64,000 nt of DNA, from assembly GCA_036172245.1 (NCBI GenBank), contig JAYWIR010000039.1, positions 310,001 through 374,000 of the forward strand, given 5' to 3'. Position numbers and translations under genes: made by a program. The stretch is from Raillietiella orientalis. Lineage: Eukaryota. Below, in pieces: positions 22,950-36,000 of the stretch. The first letter of the stretch is position 1. The number at the start of each line of letters is the position of its first letter. Below the pieces are notes generated by a model. It made no database searches. It was not told where the DNA came from and was given only the letters and a program-made list of their open reading frames with translations.

Positions 22950-24230
22950 ATGAAAGTCAGATTGTGATGCTGCGAGGCAGCTCCCTTCGTGAGTCCGGTG
23001 AAGCCTTTCTTTTCATCTGCCACGAGCATTGTGGGTAGCATGACATCAGATTGGAATCCCTGGCTCTTCTGCTTCCTCTCCGTCTTGTCCCTGCGTCTCG
23101 TCTGACTTCCCAGGATCTGCTTTTCTTCTTCTTCTCAGGCTTCACCGAAGCTCCTGAACGGGTTCTCTGCTTACAGAAAGAGATCAGCGGCTGCGTCAGT
23201 GATTGGTCCACGGTGTCCTTCTTAAGCGCAGAGAGCACTCCCCGGAGACTGGAAGCAGAGTTGACAAAAAACGCACCCCTCTCCGCTGCGATTGTAAACC
23301 GGATCCTCTTGCAGCCTTGGACTGCAGCCTCCTCCTCCACAGCTCTTGGAGGACACCGCAGTCGAATGGCAGGTGCGGGAGCGATTCGAGGTTGGAAACG
23401 TGACCAACAGGCGCGGTTGTTGGGGTAACGCCGCACGTTCTCGGCAACCGACAGGCCGGAAAGGCACCGAAACGAAATGACGGGTTGCTCGGGGTCCGTC
23501 AGTGCCTCAAAGGGTGGAAGCCAAGGAATGATGTCCGTGATGTTGTTGGTTTCCTTTGTTCTGTGGTTTCTCCCCCCCGGTCGCGGTGGATGAAAAGGGA
23601 TACACGAAAATAACTTCTTGTTCAAAAGGAGAGGAAATGAGAAGGTCCCTGGTCACCTACTAGGTTCCTTTGAAACCCCTGCAGGACGCTGGCAAGTCGA
23701 ACCCCAAGTCCATAATGTGCCGCTATCGAGTTGTCCTCCTTGGTGACCTCCTTTGTCTTTGCCGTTCTTTCTGCGACTGTCCCGGAAGAGCAGCAGGGAG
23801 TTGCGATCGCGCCGGCAATCGGTATCACGTTGCTAGCCGAAAATGCGCTTTAGACGCGTGTCCAGGGCTCTCCATAGGGAGTAGAAGGTCAGTCGTGAGA
23901 CGCTGCCGGAGGGCGAAACAATTCTCCAGAACATGAAGCGTTCCCCTTTTCATGTGTGGCAGGGGGGAGGGGGCACGCCTTCCTTGGTCCCTTGATCCAG
24001 GGCATTGTTGGCGTGGACAGGGAAGCCAGACTGGATCGGCTTGGGGTTCCCCGTGAGCAGCACCTTGATGTGCGTGCCCTTAGGAGACTTCTCTCCCGCA
24101 GATGTTTGATCCAGTTGCCTCCAGAAGGCAGAAGTGGCACTGGCCTCCTTCCGCGGGTGGCGGGTCTGTCTATACGGAACGGCCATCCATTCGCAAAATC
24201 TTCACTGTCCACCCTCCTTCTCCGGCCCCT
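22950..24230 (-). mobile_element. Decayed LINE ORF2 (RT remnant and zinc finger)
   Basis: NLESLPHLPFDCGVLQELWRR near 23330-23400; SLRGVLSALK matches the CLRGIVAAW block of the other copies. Confidence 0.6.
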
Positions 24231-24299
24231 TTTTTACGGTTCCGCTCTCGCCATGAGAGGCGAGGTGCATGACGGACAGTCTCCCTGCGGGAAGCACCG

Positions 24300-27200
24300 T
24301 GGGGCGCCTCGGGACTGAAGATTCGCCTCAGAGACCTCATTGCACGGCGAGAGGATGCGGCACTCGCCATCCTTGCGCTGGAGAAGATGGACAGACTGCT
24401 CCAGTTTAGAGGTGGTGGTCCTGACGGCCGAGAACTGGATGCGTCACCAAGGTCTCTCTGCCTGCGCCCGTGATCCTGAGGGGCGCGGGTCGGTTGCGAG
24501 GGGGATGCCGTCGTTCCTACCTCGCAACCGATACCTCATGAAGTCGTTTAGAGTTCTCGCTGAGGCGGATCGCTGCCCCGTGGGACGGGCTTTAGTGGAT
24601 CTCCCGCCGCCCTGCAAACTGGCTCAAGGGAGCAGCGGGCACGCGTCCCCGCAACCTGGGAGCAGTCCCCCTGGCGGAAGCGGGAAGAAATGGGAAGGAA
24701 GTGGTCCCGAGCGACTCCCCCCCCCATAAGCACCACAGAACTATCCTCCCTATGGGAGAGAAGCTCCAACAGGCAGGGCGGGTTGGAGCGACTGGACTGG
24801 AGGGGCCGCCGGAAGGCGGGCCGGTTGATTGATGCGGCGACATTCCGTGCCCCACGTTAAAGGACCGCTTCGTTAGCAGGAATGAATGTCTGGGGATTCC
24901 GACGCCGGAGATGGTGACTCCCGCCAACCCTGACATCTCCATGCTCCTCCCTCAGGAGGCAACACGAAGAGGCTTTGCTGTTGGTGCACCGGGGCTTCCC
25001 GCGCGTCGGGCGGCAGCCTCGCCGGACGGGTGGGTAGCGCCTCCCCAGGCTGCGCCAACTGCTGGGGAGAAAGACACTCGCGCGTGCGCACCTGCTGCTG
25101 GAATGCGGTGAGCTTCGGAGCGCGTCGAAGCACCTCGCGGCTGTTCCACTTCGACACGGAGACACTCCGGAAGAGCCTCCACGGCGCTGCTTCACCCAGG
25201 ACTGGCTTTTTTCCTGCTTTCCCGATCTCCACCGACCCTGAGTCGCGTCTGGAGGACCGTGACATTCTGGAAAATGCAGGAGAAAGCTCGTAGGCAAGGA
25301 GGAGGACCACATGCAGCGATGGAGGATGTGGTCAGACGGTGTTTTCGGAATGACAGGTTCGAGGAGGGCTCCTCCCGCATCGCACGCAGATCACACAAGA
25401 CTCCACGTAGGAGGCGGCTGACCATCGTCTTTTCCTACCTTTTTATTCGTTTATGGTCTCATGCGCCTCCCCTCCTTGACCTTCCGTGCAGCCAGCCTGG
25501 TCAAGTCGGCAGTTTTTCTTTTCTTCTTCTTCCCCCCCCCCTCCCTCGGAATTCCCGAACCGTCCAGTGGTATCACCAATCCACGTGGCCTGCCTGCTTT
25601 TCCTCTTCGGGAAACGAACGTCCCCGGCGTAGCTGGTGCCAGTGTGTTCTGCCCGTGCGGTCTTTTGGGGATGCTCCCTCGGCTTGAAGGAAGCGCCAGC
25701 CGGTTAGGTACTACTCTGGCTGGAGGAGGGGCGGCTTTACTGAGGAAGAAGTGCCAGCGAACACCTCGAACGGGGGGAAATGAGAACTTCGTCATCTCTA
25801 ACCATGGAGGCGGAGGCTGCGATCTCCGAAGAATTTTACACCAGCAATCCACTTCCAGGAATCACCTTCCAGGAGCCTATTCCCGTCGGGGTCCCTCCCA
25901 AGGGTAAGGGAGGAACGGATTCCTGTATTAATTAGGGTGGTCCCTTTGGAGTTGCCCCCTAACTGAGTTACATGCACCTTCGGAAGGTGTGGCCTTGTTT
26001 AAAGTGCGAGACATCCACTGCATGCGTTTCCTGGGGAAGTGGGGCAACAGGTGGCAACCTCGGGTTCCACAGGTGAGATGTCAGAGCTTTGCTCGAGGAG
26101 GAACGGAGCCGAGAGCGTTCCTGACTTCCGACTCCCTCCGGATCGCTTGCCAGTAGGAAAGGGACCGAGGCGGGTGGAAGACATGGACATTCTCACAAGG
26201 GACAGAACAAAGGGTGGGAGAGTAAAGGAAGGAGAGGGATGAATAGGGAAGAGGAAGGACCGGCCTGTTTGGGCAACTAAGGGGATTCCCGAGGTTCTGG
26301 GTTGGGCAGGGACGGGTGGGATTGTCTCCGGGCTAGTCTGCCCGCAGATGCCACGAACGACCTCCCCGCTGTAGAGCACCTCCGCGCATCCTTCATCTTG
26401 GTGGCCGCCGCGGCAGAGGACCGGCTGCCACGGGGAAGGAGGACGTCCGTCCGAGCGGGGACCGGCATCGGCGGAATTTTCCGGCCCTGCTGCTTCTACA
26501 GCCTGTGGAGAACCCCAGCGCGCTCGCGCCCCGTCCCCATTCTCGGGATTTTTGTCCCCGCTGGCACTCGCGGCAGCGTTTCCGCTCAATACACGCCACC
26601 AGCAAGATGGCGACGAAGAGGAAGGAGCGGAGGCGTCGGCGGGCTGGGAGATGCCCCGGAGAGAGGACCAGGCAGCGGGAGGCGCCTGAAAGGCCCCCTC
26701 TCTGGAGGAGGGGCAGGAGGAGAGGCCGCGAAGATGGGGGTGACCCGAAACCATGCCGGAGCCGCCTGTGCCGTGCTTCGAGCGAGGAGGGAGGGCGTAA
26801 GGGTCGCCCCCGTCAGAAGTCGGTCACTCCAGGAGTTGCCCCCGAGGAGGAGCTTTGCGAGAAAGCGGCGGTGGCAGTAAGCCCGCTAGAGCGACGTCGG
26901 GGGAAAGCGCAGGAGCCATCGACCCATTTCGGAAGAAGAGAGCAAAGTCCTCGGCGCCGGCCCTCGCAGAGTTGCGCAGCAACGACTGCTTCGCGAGTTC
27001 TCGAGGAGCGGGTGGCATCCACGAGACGATGCCGGACGCCAGGGGCCGCCAGCGGAGCCGCAGAGATGGGGACCTCGGCGCGTCTTCAGCACGAGGGAAA
27101 GCGAGGCCTCGCGGAGGCTGCTGCCGCGGGCGGCAGAGGGTACAACAGCAGCCGCGGACATCCCGGAATCCGGGATGAGGCCGCGGCGAGCATTCCAGAA
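24300..27200. mobile_element. Mosaic of decayed LINE endonuclease-like and ORF1 zinc-knuckle-like fragments
   Basis: SFNVG (minus, ~24860); frameshifted C..CGE knuckle-like text near 25090 and 26490; no intact ORF. Confidence 0.4.
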
Positions 27201-27316
27201 AGTAAGTGTAGAATATAAATATATAATATATACGTGTATATATACGTGTGTGTATGTGTAAATATGGGTATAAATGTACATATCGATACAAATGATAAGC
27301 AAAGAACAGAAGGTAA

Positions 27317-28115
27317 CAAGATTTCATCATAATGAATTAATAACTTGAATCACGGCTTACGTGGCCCATATGCAAGACAGTAGAATTTTTACTTGGTGGC
27401 TTTTTCATTAGCTGGTGTCGCAGTTCCAGAGCTGGTTTCACACGGCACGGTTTCCTGCTTTGGTCATTCCGCATTTTTGAGCTCTCTGTGCTTTGTGGCG
27501 AAGTCTCTCCACGTCACGTGTTTCGTAGCTGCAAGAGATGCACCGCCAAATGAGCACACAGCCGTCCCGTTTGCTTCCATGAAGAAAAATTCTCGAGTCC
27601 AAGAGAAGAAGTAAACTGCCTTTCGAAGCATAAAGTAACGATCGCGCAAGTTTCTTTTCATCGCATCTCCAGTATCTTAGGAGGACATCATTCGTGCAGA
27701 TCGGAAATATTACACTAGAAACCCTGGATCGAAAAAGGTTCACGAAATAAAGTGCATGAATTCGAGCACACGTCTTACAGATAGATGTCTTTTAACTAAT
27801 AGGTTTCTGCAAAGCTCTAGTCTCCTGTGCAATTGCAGAACCCTTTGTATTCCCGGAGGTTATTTTCGTCATTTGCTTTCAGTGTGTACGTTCCTATCGG
27901 CGAGCCTCGTGGTGAGGAGGTGAATTCCGATTTCAATGCAGTCTCGTGGGACGCACAAAACTCCGCAGACCAAAGATCGTCTGTAGGTTGCAAGTTGTCC
28001 ACCGCCGTTGCAGGACTTGCTCATGTTAAGGATGAGTACTCTACGTGCTGAATGGTACCAAGGGGAGCTTAGAGTGGGAGCAAGATTTCATCATAATGAA
28101 TTAATACTTGATTCA
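27317..28115. repeat. Direct repeat pair (26 bp exact, ~35 bp with mismatches), 764 bp apart
   Basis: CAAGATTTCATCATAATGAATTAATA at 27317-27342 and 28081-28106. Confidence 0.9.
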
Positions 28116-29111
28116 TTGGAGAATCTTAGGAAAATGCAGGAACGATCACCCTAAGCGTCAAAATCACTGCACACCGGTAAAGTATTTTAGAAAAACAAGT
28201 CTGATGGATAAGCATTACTGAAGACAGCTCCAAAATCAGAATGGAAAACAAGATTTAACGTGTTCGTCAAGAACAATGTACTCTTTGTCATTTCTAAAAT
28301 AGCATTTGAACTTGATGTAAGTCTGCAAATTCGAATATGCACAACCTTGGGGAGAATGAAATGTAAGCACAAGAGGTACAGCGGTCGACTGTTTGATAAA
28401 AACAGCATGTAGCATGAACATGTCTATGAAAGAAGCGTTGTAATGAAATGAAGGATGGTCAATTCTTTCAAAAGTATTCTTTCAACGAAATTCTCTTTTT
28501 GATAATTTCGAATTATTTTTTAGTCATCATCACATCAGTGTCATTTGATTTTTTTCGTTGATCCGAAAGAAAGAGCTCCATGGCTTTTGAGGCCTTGATA
28601 TTTATTATTCAAGCTGAAATTAGTTTCATTCTAAGCTTTTACATCTTTTGTACAATGCAACTGTTACTCTTCATGAGTAAATGTTCCGCATTCAAGTATC
28701 CATATATTTTTATGAGCCTTTTCTTGTTGCTTTAATAAAAGTTTTACTGAAGAGACTGGAAGCTGAATTTAAGAATTGAGATTAAGTTCTTTATATTTTC
28801 ATAACTAAATTATTTGTCATGTAGCTGTTTTCTGGAGTTTTAAAGTTTTGAAATTCTGCAGCTTGAGGTATCATATATGAGGTATTAGTTTTAAATACCA
28901 AACAAACTTTTGTTTGGGGATTATGGGAAGAACAATCTGAAAGTCCTTCGTCTACTAGTGAAAGATCTGTCCAAAGATGTTCTGATTATTTGTTTGTATG
29001 GCACGCCTGTAATCCAGTGCAAATCGCGTTGTGGTGATTGCTGCATTTGAATGATGTGAAGAGTATAGATCTCCAGGAATTGTTGCAGAAGTTCTAATTT
29101 TCTAAATTAAG

Positions 29112-30589
29112 ATGGTAGGATCAAGTTGTGCTTTTGCATGGAAAACCTGTAATATTTTAACACTTTGAAATTTGAGTGTATTAGGATTCAGTATTATTCC
29201 CTTATTTCAAATGATGATGCTAATGACCTATGTGTGTATTTCAGGCTCGCAATGCAGAAAAGGCAATGTAGGTAAAATCATCAACCTAGATTTTTTTTTA
29301 GACTTGTTTAGGACCACCTTGGCTCGCTGGAGAGCAGCTCAGTTGGCAGAGCAAGGTAAAGGAGAGCTAGAAAGAAGACCATATCTTGCATCAGAATGTG
29401 ATGACCTGAAAAAGGCAGAAAAATGGAGACTTCAAATCATACGTGAAGTGTCATTAAAAGTGTCACAGATTCAAAATGGTATGTTTTCCATCTGTTTAGT
29501 AAGAACACTATACAGATCAATGCACCTTGAGTTGTTTCTCAATTGAGGATTATGTATTTATATCATTTTCTTATTTTGGATGTTGAGAAATGATGGTGAG
29601 GATTTTTCTCATTTAGAGCGGGAAATGATTTTAAAAGACTCTATTCAAAAGAAAAGGCCTTGTACAAAGATGTGTTGCATTTCCTGCATCTAATGACAAA
29701 AAAGTTGAGTCAGCAGTAATGTTCCCCATTGTGCTGTTTCTGTGCTTTATAGTTATGGCTGACGTGTACTTAAGTGTAATATAAATCATGTAAAACTGCA
29801 CAGTGAATCTGAAATTTCACATTACAATGTAGCACCATCTAACTTTCCTTCCATCAGCTGGTTTGGGGGAATTTCGCATCCGAGACCTGAATGATGAGAT
29901 TAACAAATTGTTGAGAGAAAAACGACATTGGGAATACCGAATTCGAGAGCTAGGAGGAATGGATTTTGTGCGTGTTGCCCCTCGAATGCTTGATAATGAA
30001 GGAAAAGAAGCTCCTGGGAACCGAGGATACAAATACTTTGGAGCTGCTAAGGATCTCCCTGGTAGAACCTATTTTGTAAGTGTCCCTTACTTGCTGATCA
30101 TATTTTGTGTCTGAAAGGTGTGAGAGAACTATTTGAACAAGAACCTCCACCACCTGTGAGGAAAACACGAGGAGAGTTAATGAAAAATGTTGATGCAGAC
30201 TATTATGGGTACCGAGATGATGATGATGGCATACTTATTCCATTAGAACATGAGCAGGAAATCAAAGGTATCAGTGATGTGGAACATCTTCAATAGACCT
30301 TTTGATTTCATAGCTCTGTCCAATGCTGCAGCAGAATGGGAGAAAAAGAATGGAAATTTAGAAAGTCAAGAAAAATCTGATATTTCAAATGGATTTCATG
30401 ATTTTGTAAGGCTGTTACTGACTAAGCATTTTTCTGAAATTGATTTTTCAGGCAATAAACAAAAAAGAAAAGTTTTGTACTCAAGGCCCTAAATTCATTG
30501 CTCATGTCCCCATTCCATCACAAAAGGATATTGAAGAAGCCCTTGTAAGAAGGAAAAAGCAAGAATTATTAAATAAATACGTATGTTGA
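29112..30589 (+). CDS. ISY1: Pre-mRNA splicing factor ISY1
   Basis: Exons 29112-29114 (ATG only, inferred), 29245-29267, 29312-29478, 29858-30061, 30118-30267, 30314-30405 and 30452-30589. They give MARNAEKAMTTLARW, RRPYLASEC, AGLGEFRIRDLNDEINKLLREK, GYKYFGAAKDLPGVRELF, DYYGYRDDDDG and HVPIPSQKDIEEALVRRKK. Confidence 0.96.
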
Positions 30590-30646
30590 AAAAAAAAAAA
30601 AAAAAGAATCTATAAGCTGCATTCTCTGATTGATTGGATTTTATTT

Positions 30647-32250
30647 TTATGCATCCTTGAAAGTTGCTTCACGTTTTTCTGTAAAGGCTGCCATGCCCTC
30701 TTTTCTATCATGCTGCAAAAAAGGCAAGTAAGAAATTTGCAGCAGATGTTCACCTCACTTACTGTTGCAAAAGTACAATGAAATAATCGTCTTTCAAATA
30801 ACAAGCCTTCCTGCAAATTCGTTTCATATGCTGAAACAGAAAACCATTTGCTCCACAAAAACATTAAGATGCTACCTGCATTAACAGCTTCTTTGCACAT
30901 AGCTGTCATAACTTTTGAATGCGATGCAATTTTCTCAGCCAGGGCAATGGTTTCAGGAAGCAGTTGGTCTACTGGGAAGACTTTACTAACTAATCCTACA
31001 ATAAAAATATCAGTGGAGAATTTCAACCATTTTCCAATTTACCTATCTTCTCTGCTTCAGAAGCTGTGATCATGTTTCCTGTTAGTATCATTTCCATTGC
31101 CTTTGATTTGCCTGCAACTCTTGTCAATCTCTGAGTGCCTCCAGCTCCAGGAATTGTGCCTATAGTGATTTCTGGCTGCCCAAATTTAGCTTTCTCTCCA
31201 GCATATATAATATCACACATCATGGCAAGTTCACATCCTCCTCCCAACTAAACAAACATACAATTCAGCTTCCTGAGTATAGCAGACATCAGAAAGTCCA
31301 ACAACAAAGCATAACGATCACAAAAAAAAAGCAAGATTGGTGAGTGATTACAAATACTGGCATGTGTTGTATCAATTCATCAAACACAGCAAAAAGTCTT
31401 ACAGCATAGCCATTTACAGCAGCTATCACAGGTTTGAGGCACTGACTCAATCTAGTCCAATGGAACAAGAAGTTGCGCCGGTAAGTGTCAGGAAAACTTT
31501 CATTTAACATTTCTTTTATATCAGCACCTAGAAAAATAGAATAGGCAAATTAATGGTTCACATTTGCAAATTAAACACGCAACACATTTGAGTACCTGGG
31601 ATAACTAAAACTTATTAGATATTTTCAAAATAAAACATAATGATCCTGGTCAATCTTACCAGCTGCAAATGCTTTCTCGCTACCAGTTAATACAATAGCT
31701 CCTATGTCGTCATCACCTTCCAGACGGTTTAAAGCATCATTTACTTCCTTAACTAAACTATTACATAAAGCATTCAGAGCCTTTGGTCTATTCAAAGTAA
31801 TTAATCCAACATTTTTCTGTTTTCCAGTTTTCTCAAGCAGTATGAGCTGGTAAGAAACATCTGAAATACATAACTTTAAAGCAACAAATAGCAATCCAGT
31901 TATTAATAATAATAAACTGTTCTAATTATTTTTATAAGGACCCATCTGAACTTTCCAATGTATTTGTTCATTCAGCTCTCGAAACGAATTAAACTCTTTA
32001 CGAATACAGAAAGTCTGCTTCCCATATGCTTTTAATTAATACAAAGAATTGTGACCAATATCCCTGAAATTCACTATGTTTGCGCCCATAACCTTAACAA
32101 TGCACAAATTAATTTTTCCATTCAGGAACAATTACCGGTAGCGGCTGATGCAGTTGAGAGTGTTCGATACACCGTAGGAGCAAGCAGCTGTACATAAGAC
32201 TTATGAAGATTCTGGGAACGAAGAAGACACCTCTGGAGACCACTCAACAT
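30647..32250 (-). CDS. ECHS1: Mitochondrial enoyl-CoA hydratase (short chain)
   Basis: Transit-peptide-like exon 32250-32136; [91 protein letters not shown]. Stop at 30647-30649. Confidence 0.96.
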
Positions 32251-33035
32251 AGTCAAGGCTCTATTGCTCGTTTAGCAGCTACAAAGACATAGCAAATTAC
32301 TTGTTACCTGTGAACACCGACACCACACCACTTTTATATTAGCATGCCCTTTTTAATGCAGGAATGCCAAATCATCATTTCCTCAAAAATACTGCAATCT
32401 GTAGGTAGGAAAACTGCTTTGAATGCTTCAATTTGTTAGATGTCTAAGGCTGCAATGACTATGACTAATAAAAAACTATTTCAAATCTGACTACACAAAA
32501 CTATTTCAAATTGTTCTGTATCACAGAATTTGAAGATCATTCTAATACAAATTATGACAAATACTTAGTATAAAACATCGAAAGAATTGTTAATAGAATT
32601 GCATACTTGATTGCTCCTACTTTTCTGGAATGCTTCTGAATGGTAGAAGAAAAAATCAAATTTGAATAGCAAAAATATCAGAAAGATGCAAAACAGTTTT
32701 TTTTTCACTTTTTGTGTGTAGCATTTCTTCTCATGATGAAGACTACTCTCTATGAGAACACATTGTTACACGTTTCTATTTCTCTGTCTTTTCTCAATTA
32801 TAATTATTTATTAGAAAACCTGATGCATTTAAGAAATCAAGTAATTATAGATGAATTACTGTATTCATAGCCCGATTTCCCCAAAACCAAAAAGATTCAA
32901 CGAAACAACTTTTCGCACCGATATCAGAGCACGATCATGTAGAGATTCTGTAAAATCTCATGCTGTTTGAGAAGGGGATATAGAACTCATGTCTTCAGAC
33001 ACTCGAAATCCGAAGAACTAAATGTAAAGTAAAGA

Positions 33036-33087
33036 TGCAGGAGGAATAAAACCAAATAAAGTCTTAATAGGTTTTCTTCCTCCTGCA
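33036..33087. other. Imperfect hairpin (17 of 18 stem positions pair)
   Basis: TGCAGGAGGAATAAAACC - 16 nt - GGTTTTCTTCCTCCTGCA. Confidence 0.75.
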
Positions 33088-36000
33088 GCCTTATCCATAT
33101 GTCATTAGAGAAACAAAGAATTTTTCGATGGAGAATTTATATTCATGTTTAGCTGTTTCCTTCATAAATCTTGGTATTGAATTCAAGCAATCTCATTTAT
33201 GCAGGTTGCAAACCTTTCCAGTTTTATTTTGAATAAGCATTCAAAGTCGCTTATCCTGCCCAAAGCCAGTTTTACTTTATATTGAATAAATGACAATAAT
33301 GTTCCAGTGTCTAGTATGCAAAAGAGTTCACATAAATATTCTTCACTTGATTTTCCAGGACAAAATAATGAAAATCCGTATTCATTCTGGGAAATATTCA
33401 CACACTTTTGAATACCGACTAAATAACATGAAATAACTTTTGAAAGGATACTAAGCTAAGTTTTGAATGCATGTAACCTATATACAAAGGTGAAATGTGC
33501 TTTAACCATTCGTTGAAGGAGTTGAAGTCTTAGAAATTTAGGAGGTAAAAGGAAAATTAGTGTTTTATTTAAATATAAAAATAAGAACTCCAGTTTTACA
33601 AATGATAGTTGATATCCTTGAAACGTCACTGGGAAAAGCACTTGTAGGTATTTCAAATATGCCTAAGTACATTGGATTCAAATATCAACAAAACATTTCA
33701 ATATTTGTGGTAAAATTGATTTCTTTCATTTATCAGAAATTTAAGAGACAAAATGAGCAGATAAAATTTCTAATGGTAATTGAATTGCAGAATAATAGGA
33801 TAGATAGGGAGCAGTTCGATATGACTTTACAGCACTTTGTTTTCTTCAGGATTGCACACAAAAATGGGTCATAAAAAATTGGCTAATATACCATTAGGCT
33901 GATTGATTTCGTTATATAATTATGGATGCGCCTTTTCTTTTATATCCATAAATACATACATAGTAATTGCACGAACGCTTGAACTAAACGTAAGCATGCA
34001 AACACACACGAGTGCAATGGGAGTTTCTTTTGCATTTGGAAAAATCAGCAGCAAGGTTTTTAAATTGTAAATCAGATTCAAATGCTTACTTCGGGAAACG
34101 CTGAACAGAACGAATTTTTTGATGGCCCATTTTTTATTTTTTTTTATTTATTATGTTTTTCTGTTTGTGTACACAGCGGTACAAAACCCATACTCTGGTA
34201 CAAGGATATTCTATCAAGTGCAAAATACTTCTGAACAGGTAAGAAGGAATTAATAGGGGACTGTTTTTCAATTCAGAAATGTTGGTTGAGATTCTTCAAA
34301 ATTAACCTGGAAAAGGCAATAAAATGTTTCAACCTACAATTTGAATTTGGCTCAACTATTCTAGTAGAAGATCCACAGTACGTGCATTCCAAACTCGAAA
34401 TTGCTTAAAACCTACCAAACTTTAATCGGAATAAAGGTTTATCTGTTCAGAGGGTTACCAATTTAAACACTATAAATGCTGCTTGTTTGATTACCGTGAT
34501 GTTGCAATGAAGTTGTTGCTAATTGAAATGTAAAGAGAAAAAAAAAAAAAATAGATGCGAATTTTTGCATGGTGACTCAAATGATGATTGTGAAAGCTAA
34601 AGATGACGATGACCTTCCACAAATTGTATCATGAATACAAAAAGGGTCACAGTCTGAATCGCTCCTTGCAGTCTTCCAGTATCAATGACTGCTACTGATC
34701 GTACTGATGTCGGATTTTTTCTATGCAGTGCATAGAAATATTGAAGAGGCCACACAGAACAGGCTCTTCAAGCCCAGAGGAAGTTCGAAGCCCCCGACAC
34801 GGATATGTTGGGAACTTTTTACAACTATATTTCCTATTCATTTGCATTCGTCAAATTATTTACTGAAATGTGAAAAATAAGTTTATCTACATTTGCCATA
34901 ACGTTTCCATATTTTCGAAAACTTTTCAATATAGCTTGTTAAAATTCCGGGGCATTAAAATTCTTCCGTCCTTTGAATCGCAATGCAATATTTCCATTTT
35001 TCTAATTCTTTGATTATCTCATGAAACGGTGCACTACTGTGACCAATATTCAGTGTTGCTCTCGGACCTGAGTGTATTGTACCAAATTAGTAGATGGCTG
35101 GAAATGCTCTCGTATACTTGCGGTAATAGGTGTACAGTGGCCGCTTTCTTGAAAAAACAAGCAGGTAGTTGTTTCGAATCCCATGTTCTTTTGAATCTCC
35201 AGCAGTCAATCTTTGGGGTGATTTCCGCGATACAAAAGCATCAACTTTTGTTGAACTCTCATCGTGTTTTTGCTTTCCACTACCTCTGGTTTCTCCCGAT
35301 TCAATTTTTTTCCTGATATTGATGTAAGACTCCGAAATTTTAGTCAGCTAGAAACTAAGTGGGCAACGAATGTACTCTTTCCATGAACTCAATTCGTGTA
35401 TGTAATTTGGAAATGATATGATGGGTCTTGTCTTGGAAAAACGAGATTGTTTGCCAACGGGGCTTAATGGCCTTCATACTTTTCATACACGTTGTTATAT
35501 TTTATACACCCTTTTTTTTTTTTTACTGCACTTTTAACTAATAATACTTTGTTCTATTTTTACCACCGCCAACTTTCAGCATCATTATAAACATACCGCA
35601 GAGTTCACTGATGGCACTCAAATAGCTGATAACTCATATACTCACTCTTAAATGGTGTCTACAATTGAAAATTACTTCAGTGGAATGGCGAGAAAATAAG
35701 AAAAAATGATAGCAGTCTTATCAAGAAATCATGAAAACAAAAAGCAATGAACATAGGAAAAGGCCACCTCAAAAACCAAAACTTCATCAAATTGATGCCA
35801 TACACTCTGGATGGATACAGGCAACACAGCAGTTCACTATGAGAACAGGTCACTGTCAACACAGTGCAGCCTGATGAAGAGAGGGCTCCTATGACATTAG
35901 CAAATACTGGTAGACCTCCAGGAAAGTTTAGCCTCCAGGAAAAGAATGGAACATCTTTATTTTCTGGATAAAGATATTCCGATTTTCTGAATAGCTTTAC

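Noticed and set aside
60..27000. Hundreds of overlapping 60-270 aa ORFs in the ORF track
   Set aside because: Expected from stop-codon scarcity at high GC; only the SLC5 exons and TE remnants show recognisable motifs.
26505..27218. 237-aa Arg-rich ORF with AAGATGGCG start context and a GTAAGT donor at 27202
   Set aside because: Follows a frameshifted zinc-knuckle-like remnant; long ORFs occur in several frames of this GC-rich DNA; no downstream exon recognised. More likely LINE ORF1 debris.
32900..35450. Possible unannotated gene between ECHS1 and PDIA6 (short minus-strand ORFs)
   Set aside because: No recognisable motifs or consistent exon chain; cannot be supported without RNA data.
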